From Patulibacter sp. (GTDB taxonomy: Bacteria; Actinomycetota; Thermoleophilia; Solirubrobacterales; Solirubrobacteraceae): a DNA stretch of 27,016 bases. Below are positions 8,898 to 17,833 of the stretch, piece after piece. The notes below the pieces were generated by a model. That model saw only the letters and a list, made by a program, of their open reading frames with translations, had not been told where the DNA came from and ran no database searches. How positions within the stretch are numbered: the stretch's first letter is position 1; each line of letters begins with the position of its first letter. The stretch lies in the NCBI GenBank assembly GCA_031119595.1, contig JAVHXX010000005.1, forward strand, positions 1 through 27,016, read 5' to 3'. A program made the position numbers and the translations under genes.

Positions 8898-10048
8898 TCC
8901 CGGCGGTCGCCAGCACGCCGTCGCTCGTCGAGCTCGAGGCCGTCAAGATCCGTGCACTCGCGACCGGGCTACGCATCGAGCCGGACCTCCTCGAGCGCCT
9001 TGGAGGTCAGGAGGGGCTCACGGTCCACGAATATGCGACCACGGGCGGGATCACCCTCGAGTTGCCCCACGGCATGCTCGTGAACGCTCCGTTCGACGCC
9101 CCGTACTGCGCGACGAGCGATCTCCTCCTGCGCCCGGACGGCGACGCCCTCGTCCTCGAGGCCGAATCGCCGGCCGTCCGCATCCCCGTGCGCCGGGTAC
9201 TGCCGCTCCCCGGCTACCTCGGAGTCCTCGACGCCGCCGACCGGCCCGTCGCCGACACGACGATGTCGCACGCGGATCGCATCCGTGTGTCGCCGATCGA
9301 CGGCTGCGCGTACGACTGCGACTTCTGCAACGTCGCGCGGCTTCGCTACCGCGAACGCCCGCTGGACCAGGTTCTCGCGGGCATCGAGGTCGCGATCGCG
9401 GACCGCGCGCTTCCCCCGACCCACCTGCTCATCAGTGGCGGTTCGCCGTCGCTCGGGAACGCCCGCGGGCAGGCGTACTTCCGTGACCTCTGCGTGGGCG
9501 TGCTGCGCCACCTGCGGGGTCGGACCAACCCGGACGGGTCGCCGTTCGAGGTCGACATCATGATGAGCGCCCGCCCCGACGGGCCGGCGTTCGTCCGGGA
9601 GATGGTCGCCGAGGGCGCGGCCGGCTTCTCCTTGAACGTCGAAGTCCACTCGGACGAAGGCGCCGCGCGGCACCTGCGGCTCAAGCACAGGAAATCGCGT
9701 GAACATCTCGGCCCGATGCTCGAGGAGGCCGCCGCGCTGCTCGGTGCCGACACCGGTCGCGTCCGATCGCTGATCATCCCCGGCCTCGAGACCGTCGAGC
9801 AGACCCTCGCCGGGGTCGAGTGGCTGGCAGCTCGCGGTTGCAGCCCCGTCCTCAGCCCGTTCCGGCCGGCTCCGGACACCGCCCTCGAGACGGCCGATCC
9901 GGTGTCCGAGGCCGACCTTCGCGCCGTGCTCGACGGGACCCGCGCGATCGTCGCGCGGACCGGCGTGCTCCTCGGCCCGCGATGCGTCGCGTGTGGTCAC
10001 AACACCCTCGGGTTCCCGTGGGACCTGCCCGGCTGGGAGGCCGCATGA
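8894..10048 (+). CDS. Radical SAM protein A
   Basis: CAYDCDFC (9305-9328), LISGGS motif, SLNVEV, SLIIPGLE, PVLSPFRP..T and a C-terminal RCVACGHN (extra CxxC). The architecture resembles biotin-synthase-like / MSMEG_0568-type radical SAM proteins. Confidence 0.9.
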   Translation: MIPAVASTPSLVELEAVKIRALATGLRIEPDLLERLGGQEGLTVHEYATTGGITLELPHGMLVNAPFDAPYCATSDLLLRPDGDALVLEAESPAVRIPVRRVLPLPGYLGVLDAADRPVADTTMSHADRIRVSPIDGCAYDCDFCNVARLRYRERPLDQVLAGIEVAIADRALPPTHLLISGGSPSLGNARGQAYFRDLCVGVLRHLRGRTNPDGSPFEVDIMMSARPDGPAFVREMVAEGAAGFSLNVEVHSDEGAARHLRLKHRKSREHLGPMLEEAAALLGADTGRVRSLIIPGLETVEQTLAGVEWLAARGCSPVLSPFRPAPDTALETADPVSEADLRAVLDGTRAIVARTGVLLGPRCVACGHNTLGFPWDLPGWEAA

Positions 10049-11403
10049 GTTCAGCAGCCGATGACGCCCTCGCGACCGTGCGGACGGTCCTTGCCGGCCG
10101 GCACCTGATCTGGTTCGGGATCCGCGGCGAGGACGGCGAGGCGCTCCTCCGCGTCCCCGAACTGAGCTCGAGCTTCTCGATCATCGCGAAGCTCCGAAGC
10201 AGCAGCCTGCCGGAGCGCTCGAACGTCAGCCTCGAGGGTCTGACCGGGGTCCGCGAGGATCTCGACACCTACGACATCGACGATCCGGGCAGTCGGACCG
10301 CCGATGTCGTCGACTTCCGGCGTCGGCTCCTGAACGAGGTCAGCGGGCCGTGCGTGATGGTGACCTACCGGCCGTCCGCGCTCGTCTCGGCGCTCGCGTT
10401 CGCCAAGGCCGACACCATGACGCTCGCGGGTCTCTACAAAGACCGTCAGCAGGCGTTCGAGCACAAGCCGTGGGTCGAGACCTCGCTGGCGAACCGCGGC
10501 GTGCGGGGGCTCGGTTGGACCTATGTCGCCGACGAGCACCGACACCTCGCCAGGCGGCACCTCCACGACGGCCCGCAGGTGGTGCGCGCGAACCGGTCCT
10601 CCGGTGGTGTCGGCATCGCGCTCGCGCGCACGGAGGAGGAGCTCGAGGCCAACTGGCCGGAGCAGCAGGAAGCGTTCGTCGGCCTCGCGCCGTACCTGTC
10701 GCCGACCGTCCCCCTCAACTTCTCCGGGTGCGTGTTCCCGGACGGCACCGTGCGCCTCCACCCGGCCTCCGTCCAGCTCGTCGGGATCCCCTCCTGTACC
10801 GATCGCCCCTTCGGATATGCCGGGAACGACTTCGGTGCATTGAAATTCTTCGATCGCAAAATCCTCGAAGAACTCGACAATCTGGGTCGGACGGTCGGTG
10901 CCTGGCTCCACCACGAACGCTATGAAGGTGTTTTCGGGGTGGATGCCCTTGTGCATAATGGCGCGGTGCACTTCACGGAGATCAACGCACGGTTTCAGGG
11001 TTCATCCGCGCTGTCGGCCCGTGTGGCCCGTGAGGTGGACGTCCCCGATCTGTTCCTCGACCACCTCGCTGCGACCCTCGGCGTCGCACCCGATGGTGAT
11101 GGAATGTCGATCACCGAGTGGGCCAGTATGCAGCCTGATCTCAGCAAACTGGTCGTTCACAACACCTCCGGGACACAGGTCACCCATGATCCGTCGACGC
11201 AGCTTCCGGATCTCCGCCACGGGGTGCGGCTCGACCAGCTCCCGTCGACCGACACCGTCATCCGGCCCGACGGTGTGCTCGGGTCGCTCACGTTCTCCCG
11301 TTCGGTGACGGAGTCCGGCTTCGCCGTCGACGACGCCGTCTCCGATCTCGCCCATGGCGTCGCCACGGCGTATGTTCCCGCCGCCGCTGCGGACCTCGCG
11401 TGA
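10045..11403 (+). CDS. ATP-grasp ligase family protein
   Basis: HKPWV, VVRANRSSGGVG phosphate loop, and GVFGVDALV...FTEINARFQGS (ExN). ATGA and GTGA overlaps with its neighbours. Confidence 0.85.
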   Translation: MSSAADDALATVRTVLAGRHLIWFGIRGEDGEALLRVPELSSSFSIIAKLRSSSLPERSNVSLEGLTGVREDLDTYDIDDPGSRTADVVDFRRRLLNEVSGPCVMVTYRPSALVSALAFAKADTMTLAGLYKDRQQAFEHKPWVETSLANRGVRGLGWTYVADEHRHLARRHLHDGPQVVRANRSSGGVGIALARTEEELEANWPEQQEAFVGLAPYLSPTVPLNFSGCVFPDGTVRLHPASVQLVGIPSCTDRPFGYAGNDFGALKFFDRKILEELDNLGRTVGAWLHHERYEGVFGVDALVHNGAVHFTEINARFQGSSALSARVAREVDVPDLFLDHLAATLGVAPDGDGMSITEWASMQPDLSKLVVHNTSGTQVTHDPSTQLPDLRHGVRLDQLPSTDTVIRPDGVLGSLTFSRSVTESGFAVDDAVSDLAHGVATAYVPAAAADLA

Positions 11404-13421
11404 ACGAGGACTTCCAGCTCCGGTCGTCGATCGGCACGCTCCAGAAGAACATCAAGCGCGGGCGGGCGGTCTTCGTCCTCGGCGCCGGGTGCCAGCGGGT
11501 CGCGTACGACTCGTTCGACAGCGAGGGATGGACGGAGGTCCGGCGCCGCGTCCGGATGCTCGCCGCGGCGCTGCCCGAAGGCGAAGAGGAGCCGTTCCAG
11601 TTCCTCGAGAAGTTCTGGCAGTCGAAGCTCAGCGACGAGACCCAGATCGCCATCGACGACGAGTACGCCGCCGACCATGCTGCGGCGGTCGAAGGTCAGT
11701 CGCTGCGGCCGGAGGGCGTGTCGACCGAGGCGAAGTCCGCGACGGACCGCGCCCGGATCGTCCTGCTGGCCCTGCCGATCTTCAACCTCTTCGCCGCCGG
11801 CACGCGTCGTCTGGGTGCGAGCATCGCGAGCGGGGAGACGCCCGTCCCCAACTGGCACCAGATGAGCGACTCGAGTCTGCGCCGGGGCCCGAAGGAAGAC
11901 CCGTCGTCGCTCGAGGGACTGCAGGTCGCCGTCGAGTTCGCCCTCCAGGCCGCCACCTCCCTGCAGGCCTGGCGCGCGGAGAACGGCAAGCAGGCCGACC
12001 TGAAGGGGCGGTTCGACACGCTGAGCATCAAGGCCTCGGACTGCGCGCCATTGCGGAAGTTCCTGGACGCGGTCGAGATCACCGCCCTGGAGCTGAGCAT
12101 CAAGGGCTTCGCCAGCCTCTGCATCGGCGGACGGCTGCCCACGCAGCCCGGCCACACGACCGCCGGACTCAACGGCGCAAACGTCGATTGGCTCGGCGAC
12201 CTGCTCTGGCACATCCTCGTCTGTGATGCGCTCGTCCCTCCGTCGCAGCGTGAGCTCGCCTTCTACCTCAACCTGCCGAGGGCCGAATCGCAGCTCACCT
12301 CCACGAGCGTCTTCTCGCGTCCGCGGCCCGGCGAGTACCGCTTCGGCAGCGGTGGCGTCGACGGCGACCTCGACCGTGACGAACGCCTGCGGTCGCTCCT
12401 GAAGGTCCGGGCGAATACCGACATCTCTGATCCGAGTCTCGTCGGCCCCGAGCTTCGGGAGCTCTACGCGACCCTTGCGTCCGTCCTCGCCCAGCAGGGC
12501 ATCATCCGGAAGCCGCCGGAGGGGCAGGCAGCCCCGAGCACGCTCCCCGTGGCGCTCGTCGCCGGCTACGACCTGCTGCTCGAGCACTACCTCCTCGGGA
12601 TGCTGCCCGTGGCGGACGAGCGTCGCAAGCGCAAGGCCCGGCCGCTGCATGTCGTGCTCCCGGTCCGCCTGACGAGTCCCGACGCTCCCGGACGGCGGGG
12701 TCTCGACTGGGTCGTCGTGACGATGCAGCCGACCGGTCGCACATCCGGCGTGGATCGGCTCGCGGAGGCGGAGCGTTCCGTCGCATGGCTTCACCGTTCG
12801 AATGTCCAGGGCAACCGCGAACCGGTGATCATCCACGTGTCCGGCGCGCCCTTCCTGAACCTCTTGGACGGCGCCGCGGTCCGGTCCCGCGACGACGGCG
12901 TCGGGCCGCTGCGTGTCAGCGAGATCGACCTCAAGGGAGGCATGCTCAACGACGCCGACAACGCCATTGACTGGGAGATCGAACCGGCCTTCCTGTTCGA
13001 CGAGTACGAGGCGTCGCTCGCCGCGCACGCTCTACGCCGCGTCCGGGTCGAGTGGCTCAACACGACCCTGCAGTGGAACAACCGGTCGTGGCTCTTCCTC
13101 GCGGAAGGCTTCCCGGAGTGGGTTCCGCGCTTTCGGCTGCTCAACACCTCCCTGGCTGGCCACCAATCCGACCAGCGCGGCGCGCGCTCTGCGCAACATG
13201 CCCTCATGGCGGTCGATCGCGAGTTCAGCTGGCCCGAGGCGAGCCTCCTCGGCGCGCTGGGGTTCCAGCGCTATCACGGGGACCTCAGCGACCTCCGTCA
13301 GCTCGCGACGAACGTCCCGCCGGAGGATCCCGCCGACATCCACGAATTCTTCACCGAGATCTCGGATCGCTATTCGGTGGCCCTCGAGGAGACCGCCAAC
13401 CTGGAGGAGGACGACGCGTGA
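11400..13421 (+). CDS. Divergent SIR2-like (SIR2_2-type) domain protein
   Basis: AVFVLGAG...W, VAGYDLLLEHYL (cf. TTNYDxLLExAL), VIIHVSG (cf. KLHG) and WLFLAEGFPEWVPRFRL (cf. LFLGYSLxDWxFRxL) occur in the expected order, with a long insertion after the GAG motif. Confidence 0.7.
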   Translation: MNEDFQLRSSIGTLQKNIKRGRAVFVLGAGCQRVAYDSFDSEGWTEVRRRVRMLAAALPEGEEEPFQFLEKFWQSKLSDETQIAIDDEYAADHAAAVEGQSLRPEGVSTEAKSATDRARIVLLALPIFNLFAAGTRRLGASIASGETPVPNWHQMSDSSLRRGPKEDPSSLEGLQVAVEFALQAATSLQAWRAENGKQADLKGRFDTLSIKASDCAPLRKFLDAVEITALELSIKGFASLCIGGRLPTQPGHTTAGLNGANVDWLGDLLWHILVCDALVPPSQRELAFYLNLPRAESQLTSTSVFSRPRPGEYRFGSGGVDGDLDRDERLRSLLKVRANTDISDPSLVGPELRELYATLASVLAQQGIIRKPPEGQAAPSTLPVALVAGYDLLLEHYLLGMLPVADERRKRKARPLHVVLPVRLTSPDAPGRRGLDWVVVTMQPTGRTSGVDRLAEAERSVAWLHRSNVQGNREPVIIHVSGAPFLNLLDGAAVRSRDDGVGPLRVSEIDLKGGMLNDADNAIDWEIEPAFLFDEYEASLAAHALRRVRVEWLNTTLQWNNRSWLFLAEGFPEWVPRFRLLNTSLAGHQSDQRGARSAQHALMAVDREFSWPEASLLGALGFQRYHGDLSDLRQLATNVPPEDPADIHEFFTEISDRYSVALEETANLEEDDA

Positions 13422-15781
13422 CCATCACGCAGGTCAAGTTCCCCGGGCCCCGGCCGCTCACCGAGCACGACGTCCTCGTCGGCCGCGACGAGCAGATCCA
13501 GGAGATCATCGCGGCCTGCGGGTCCCGCGACGTGATCACCATCACCGCCTGGAGCGGCGTCGGCAAGACGTCGTTCGTGCAGGCAGGGCTGATCCCGCGA
13601 CTCGAGGCGAAGCGGTACTACCGCGTGTTGCCCCGGCCGCTCACGGGCGGAGACGAGGCCAGCTCCGGTGCGATCGAGCCGCGCATCGGCTGGGCGCAGA
13701 TCCTCAATGAACTCAAGGACGATCTCCGGCACGACACCGAGCTCTCGCTCACGGCGGAGAAGGTCTACCGCCTGCTCGTGGGGCTGCCGACGACCTCGGA
13801 CAACACCCTCGTCGAGGATCTCGAGCTGCTTCTCGCCGGGCAGCGTGCCGTCGTCATCCTCGACCAGTTCGAGGAGCTCTTGCGTTCGTACGGGGCGCTC
13901 GGGGACGAACTCCTCAAGCTCGTCACGCGCGTGGCCCCGAAGGTCGGTGCACACATCATCATCGCCCGCTCGGAGTATCGCGATCGCCTCCGACCCGTCG
14001 AGGATGCCCTCTCGATCTCGGTCCGCGCGCTCACGCTCAACGAGATCGACGCGGCGTTCCTTCCGGACATCTTCAAGGCGCCCTTCGGCTACGTCGTCGA
14101 GGGTGACGACGACGAGGACTACGACGACTACGACGACGACGAGGGCGCCGACCTCGACGACGACGCCTCCGCGGACCTGGTCGTCGTCGACGCCGCCGTC
14201 ACCGATCGTCTGCGCGACTGGTGGCTGGAGGCCCGACAGCGGTCGGGGGCAGCCCGGCTCCGCCAGGTCGGCTCGGAAGGTCTTGCGGACGTCGGGCTCC
14301 TCCAGTTCCAGGCCGCCTCGCGGGCATTCGTGGAATGGGTCCAGGCCTCCTGGGGCACCGACCTCCTCCCGGCCGATGCCGACGAGCTGCACCTCACCCT
14401 CGACATGCTCACGGCGTACGTGCACAGCCGCGCTGCCGAGCGCCGTCGCCGCGCGACGCCGTCCGAGCCGACGCCGGATCAGTCCGCGGCGCTCGACTCC
14501 GCCTACGACCGCGATGCGGCCGGCGGCGGGTGGCTCTTCCAGGACGCCCTCACCACCTACGTGAGCGACCAGATGGGGCTGCTCTCCGAGCAGGAACTCA
14601 GCCGTCCGGAAGGCACCTCCGACGATGCCTCGTCGGAGCTCCTGTGGTGGCGGCAGGGTCCGTCGCTGATGGCCGCCCGTGTGGCCCCGGCGTTCACCGT
14701 CGCCGGCTTCAAGCAGCCGCAGGCGCTCTACTCGCTGCTCGCGCACGCCCTCGACGAGGAGCTGTCGACCGGCCGGGCCACCCAGCTCGGCGAGGCGATC
14801 CAGGCTGCACCGGACGACATCGAGCTCCTCCTCAAGGACGCCGCCGACTCGATCGAGCCTGCCGGCGCCGCCAAGGCGACCGACAAGACCGGAGACAACG
14901 TCCTCGCGGAGATGATCGACGCGCTCCACGCCGCCCTGCTCTGGCTGTGCCGTCCGGACGTCAACATCTTCCGCCGCCTCGATCGCGACGGCGAACCGGT
15001 CTTCGAACTCGTCCACGACGGCATGGGTGAAGCGTTCAAGGCGTGGGCGGTCGGATACGCAGCGACCCCGCTGGCCACGTTCGCGGTGATCGGAGCGCAG
15101 ACGAGCTCCTTCGTGTTCCAGCGCCGCCTCGGCCCGGACATGATCGCCACGTCGGGCGTCGACGCCGAGTACTGGGGCAACGCGTCCTTCGAGCCGGACG
15201 AATCGGTCGAGGGTGGCGAGCGGCTCGTGCTGACCGGGCTCTCCTTCCCGAGCGCCGCGTTCGTCGACTGCAGCTTCACGAACGTGACCTTGCGCGATTG
15301 CGTCTTCCGCGGTTCGTCGTTCGTGCGTTGCCAGTTCGAGAACGTCGTCTTCGAGGACTGTGACCTCCGCGCGCTCCTGTTCCTGGGTCGCGATCCGGAG
15401 GGCGGCGAGCAGGCCCAGACCGGTCCGGGCGAATCGACCCTCCACGACGTCACGTTCCGCAGCACGAAGAAGGAGCAGGGCCGCGGCGAACTCGACCTGC
15501 TCACGATCAAGTGGCCGAAGATCGCCGACGGCATCGTGTTCCGTGGTGTGTACCTCGCGACCGGCGTGTTCCTGCAGGGATTGCCGGCGGGTGGGTGGCG
15601 GCTCGAGAACTCCGTGATCTATCACCTCGTCATCGAGGTCCTCGACGAGGACGACCTTCCGCGCTTCGACTTCAATCGCAAGAGCGAGGCGCGCGCCGTC
15701 TCGGCGCGCGGCGACGAGGTCTGGGGCGACGTGGAGGCCTCGCGTCTCGGCCTCGCCGACCTCGGCCTCGACCCCCGCTGA
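13418..15781 (+). CDS. nSTAND1-type NTPase with C-terminal pentapeptide repeats
   Basis: FPGPRPLTEHDVLVGRDEQI (nSTAND1 PxPGLRPF..F.GR), Walker A AWSGVGKTS-FVQAGLIP, Walker B ILDQFEE, sensor IIARSEY and wHTH-region FELVHD. Pentapeptide repeats AAFVDCSFTNVTLRDCVFRGSSFVRCQFENVVFEDCDL at about 15254-15380. GTG start at the GTGA overlap. Confidence 0.85.
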   Translation: MTITQVKFPGPRPLTEHDVLVGRDEQIQEIIAACGSRDVITITAWSGVGKTSFVQAGLIPRLEAKRYYRVLPRPLTGGDEASSGAIEPRIGWAQILNELKDDLRHDTELSLTAEKVYRLLVGLPTTSDNTLVEDLELLLAGQRAVVILDQFEELLRSYGALGDELLKLVTRVAPKVGAHIIIARSEYRDRLRPVEDALSISVRALTLNEIDAAFLPDIFKAPFGYVVEGDDDEDYDDYDDDEGADLDDDASADLVVVDAAVTDRLRDWWLEARQRSGAARLRQVGSEGLADVGLLQFQAASRAFVEWVQASWGTDLLPADADELHLTLDMLTAYVHSRAAERRRRATPSEPTPDQSAALDSAYDRDAAGGGWLFQDALTTYVSDQMGLLSEQELSRPEGTSDDASSELLWWRQGPSLMAARVAPAFTVAGFKQPQALYSLLAHALDEELSTGRATQLGEAIQAAPDDIELLLKDAADSIEPAGAAKATDKTGDNVLAEMIDALHAALLWLCRPDVNIFRRLDRDGEPVFELVHDGMGEAFKAWAVGYAATPLATFAVIGAQTSSFVFQRRLGPDMIATSGVDAEYWGNASFEPDESVEGGERLVLTGLSFPSAAFVDCSFTNVTLRDCVFRGSSFVRCQFENVVFEDCDLRALLFLGRDPEGGEQAQTGPGESTLHDVTFRSTKKEQGRGELDLLTIKWPKIADGIVFRGVYLATGVFLQGLPAGGWRLENSVIYHLVIEVLDEDDLPRFDFNRKSEARAVSARGDEVWGDVEASRLGLADLGLDPR
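14105..14164 (+). repeat. GAC-rich low-complexity tract encoding DDDEDYDDYDDDEGADLDDD
   Basis: Imperfect GAC trinucleotide run with a tandem GACTACGAC unit, in frame within the STAND NTPase. Confidence 0.8.
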
Positions 15782-15784
15782 CCC

Positions 15785-17833
15785 TCAGCGCGCGTCGCTC
15801 AGGCGCGAACTGACCTGCTGTTCAGGCACGGAGCCGTCCACGTCGGCGGTGCGCGGTACGCCGTCGGGACCGGTCGCGGCGCCGACGCGCGCCGCTACCG
15901 GCCAGAAGATCAGCGGCTCATGGCTTCCCAGCAGCAGCGACGTCGTCGACAGCCGGCGCTGTTGCTCCGCGGCCCGGGCCAGCAACGCTCCGGTGTCGAG
16001 GCCGGCGACGACGATCTCGAACGGCACCGTGAACCCGGTGTCGTCGGCCAGATCGGGCTCGCGCACGAGCGTCGTGACGCTGGTCGGCTCCACGCGCAGG
16101 GCCGGCCACTCGCCGCGCAGTCCCGGATAGGTTGAGCCCGTGGCGTGGTCGATCAGACGAACGCGCCCGTCCGGAGTCCCGCCGGCCTCGGCGACACGCC
16201 GGTGCACGAGATCGAGCACCGGTCCCGGCACGGGCACCCCGACGATGTCGGCGATGGCGCGCACCGTGGCCGCGAGGTGCGCGACCGGCCGAATCGGTTG
16301 GCGGAACGGGTTGCCGACGGTCGGCAGCCGCGCGCTGCCATCGGCCAGCGTCACGGAGAAGCCGAGCGCGGCGAGCTCCGGCCATGCAGCGAACAGGGCG
16401 TGGCGGTCGTTGTCAGACAGGGGTCGATTCGTCGTCCGGACGTCGGGAGCCGCGAGCGCCCCGTCGCCCACGGTGACCACCAGCCGGACCCCGCAGTCGA
16501 CCGGAACCGGAACGCGCAGCAGCCGTTCGGGCTCGTCCGGCGGCGTGGTCCAGGCGAGCTGCCCGAACACGTAGTACGGCGCCACGATGCGGCTGCCGGT
16601 CCGCAGCGCAGCCGCGTGCACCGTCGTCGTGCCCCGCGTGTCCCGCCCGAGCAGGGTCGCCGGGTGGGCGAACACGACGGCGGCGGCGCGTTGGTTGGCC
16701 GCCCGGGCGACCGCGACCGCGTCCTCCCAGTCCCGGAGCGTCGGCGAGCCGTCGCCCTCGGCGAGTCGCGTACGCCAAGCCCTGGTCAAGGAGGCGGTGA
16801 AGCCCATCGCGGCCGGTACGCCCACGGTTTCCCCCTGGAAACCGATCACGAGCGGCGCGCCGAGCTCCGAGACGGTGGCGGCGAGCGAGGCCGTGAGCCA
16901 GGCGTCCCCACCAGGTGCAGGCGACTCCGCCGAGCCGCAGCTCGCGAGCACGACCGCCGAGGGATTCCGGGCCCGTTGGTGATCGGTGACGAGGGTGCCG
17001 ATCGTGTACCCGTCGAGGGGTTCGTCCGGGGTGTCGTCCGCGTCGAGCCCACGGTCCGGGGTGCCGGTTCCGGTGACCATGAGGAGGTCGGTGAACCGCA
17101 GCGCCGACGGATCGGCCTGCAGCGCCGACCACGATGCGTGGTCGGTGACCTCGCGGTGCGCACCATCGAGTCCGAGCGTGGAGGCGGCGTCGTCGGTCAA
17201 CGGCCGACCGCTCGTGCGCACGACCATCGCCTGGAGGCCGTCGACCTCGGCGGGAGCGAAGTCGGCGACGGACCACGGGTCGGCGGTGCTGACGCTGCCG
17301 GGTGTGCGAAGGATCGAGACGCCCCTCGCGAGCACGGAATCGAGGCTGTCGGCCAGGGGCCAGAACAGCGTCTCGACGGGGATCCTCGCCGCCTGGTCGT
17401 CGCGCGCGCGGAAGACGAACCGCACGTGCTTCGCCCCGGATTCGGCGGCGTCCACGAGTTCGGCGATGCGGTCGCCGCCGACGGCGTTCTGGAGCGCCAT
17501 CCCCACGAACGTCCCCCACCAGCGGAGCACGTCGGTCGCCCCGCCCTGGTACAGCCCTCGCGGGAGCGCGGCGAGGTCGGCGCCGGGGTCGTCGCGGAGC
17601 CAGGCGATGGTCTGGCTCGCGAGGCCGAGATCGTCCCAGCGGCCTCCCGGCCAGAGCACCTTGCCGACGCAGAGCGGCGCCGCGTGGACCGCGCGCACCT
17701 CCTTGCCCTCGGCGTCGCGGAGGACCTGTTCCTCGAGCAGGTCCACGTCGGCGACGAGCCCGGGCCGCGCGCTGCGCGTCACCTGGGCGAACCCCCAGGT
17801 GACGCGCAGCTCGGCGACCGGCGACCGGCTCAC
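15785..17833 (-). CDS. CHAT (caspase-like) domain protein, probably lacking the catalytic His, with an extra C-terminal domain
   Basis: ARIPVETLFWP (cf. LPWExL), DLLMVTGTG (cf. DILHFAGHG), AVVLASCGSA (cf. LVVLSAC) and LAATVSELGAPLVIGFQ...AAMGFTASL (cf. LA.AL..AG.P.V.AMQ...AA..F). GTGA overlap with the carbamoyltransferase. Confidence 0.75.
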   Translation of the reverse strand: MSRSPVAELRVTWGFAQVTRSARPGLVADVDLLEEQVLRDAEGKEVRAVHAAPLCVGKVLWPGGRWDDLGLASQTIAWLRDDPGADLAALPRGLYQGGATDVLRWWGTFVGMALQNAVGGDRIAELVDAAESGAKHVRFVFRARDDQAARIPVETLFWPLADSLDSVLARGVSILRTPGSVSTADPWSVADFAPAEVDGLQAMVVRTSGRPLTDDAASTLGLDGAHREVTDHASWSALQADPSALRFTDLLMVTGTGTPDRGLDADDTPDEPLDGYTIGTLVTDHQRARNPSAVVLASCGSAESPAPGGDAWLTASLAATVSELGAPLVIGFQGETVGVPAAMGFTASLTRAWRTRLAEGDGSPTLRDWEDAVAVARAANQRAAAVVFAHPATLLGRDTRGTTTVHAAALRTGSRIVAPYYVFGQLAWTTPPDEPERLLRVPVPVDCGVRLVVTVGDGALAAPDVRTTNRPLSDNDRHALFAAWPELAALGFSVTLADGSARLPTVGNPFRQPIRPVAHLAATVRAIADIVGVPVPGPVLDLVHRRVAEAGGTPDGRVRLIDHATGSTYPGLRGEWPALRVEPTSVTTLVREPDLADDTGFTVPFEIVVAGLDTGALLARAAEQQRRLSTTSLLLGSHEPLIFWPVAARVGAATGPDGVPRTADVDGSVPEQQVSSRLSDAR

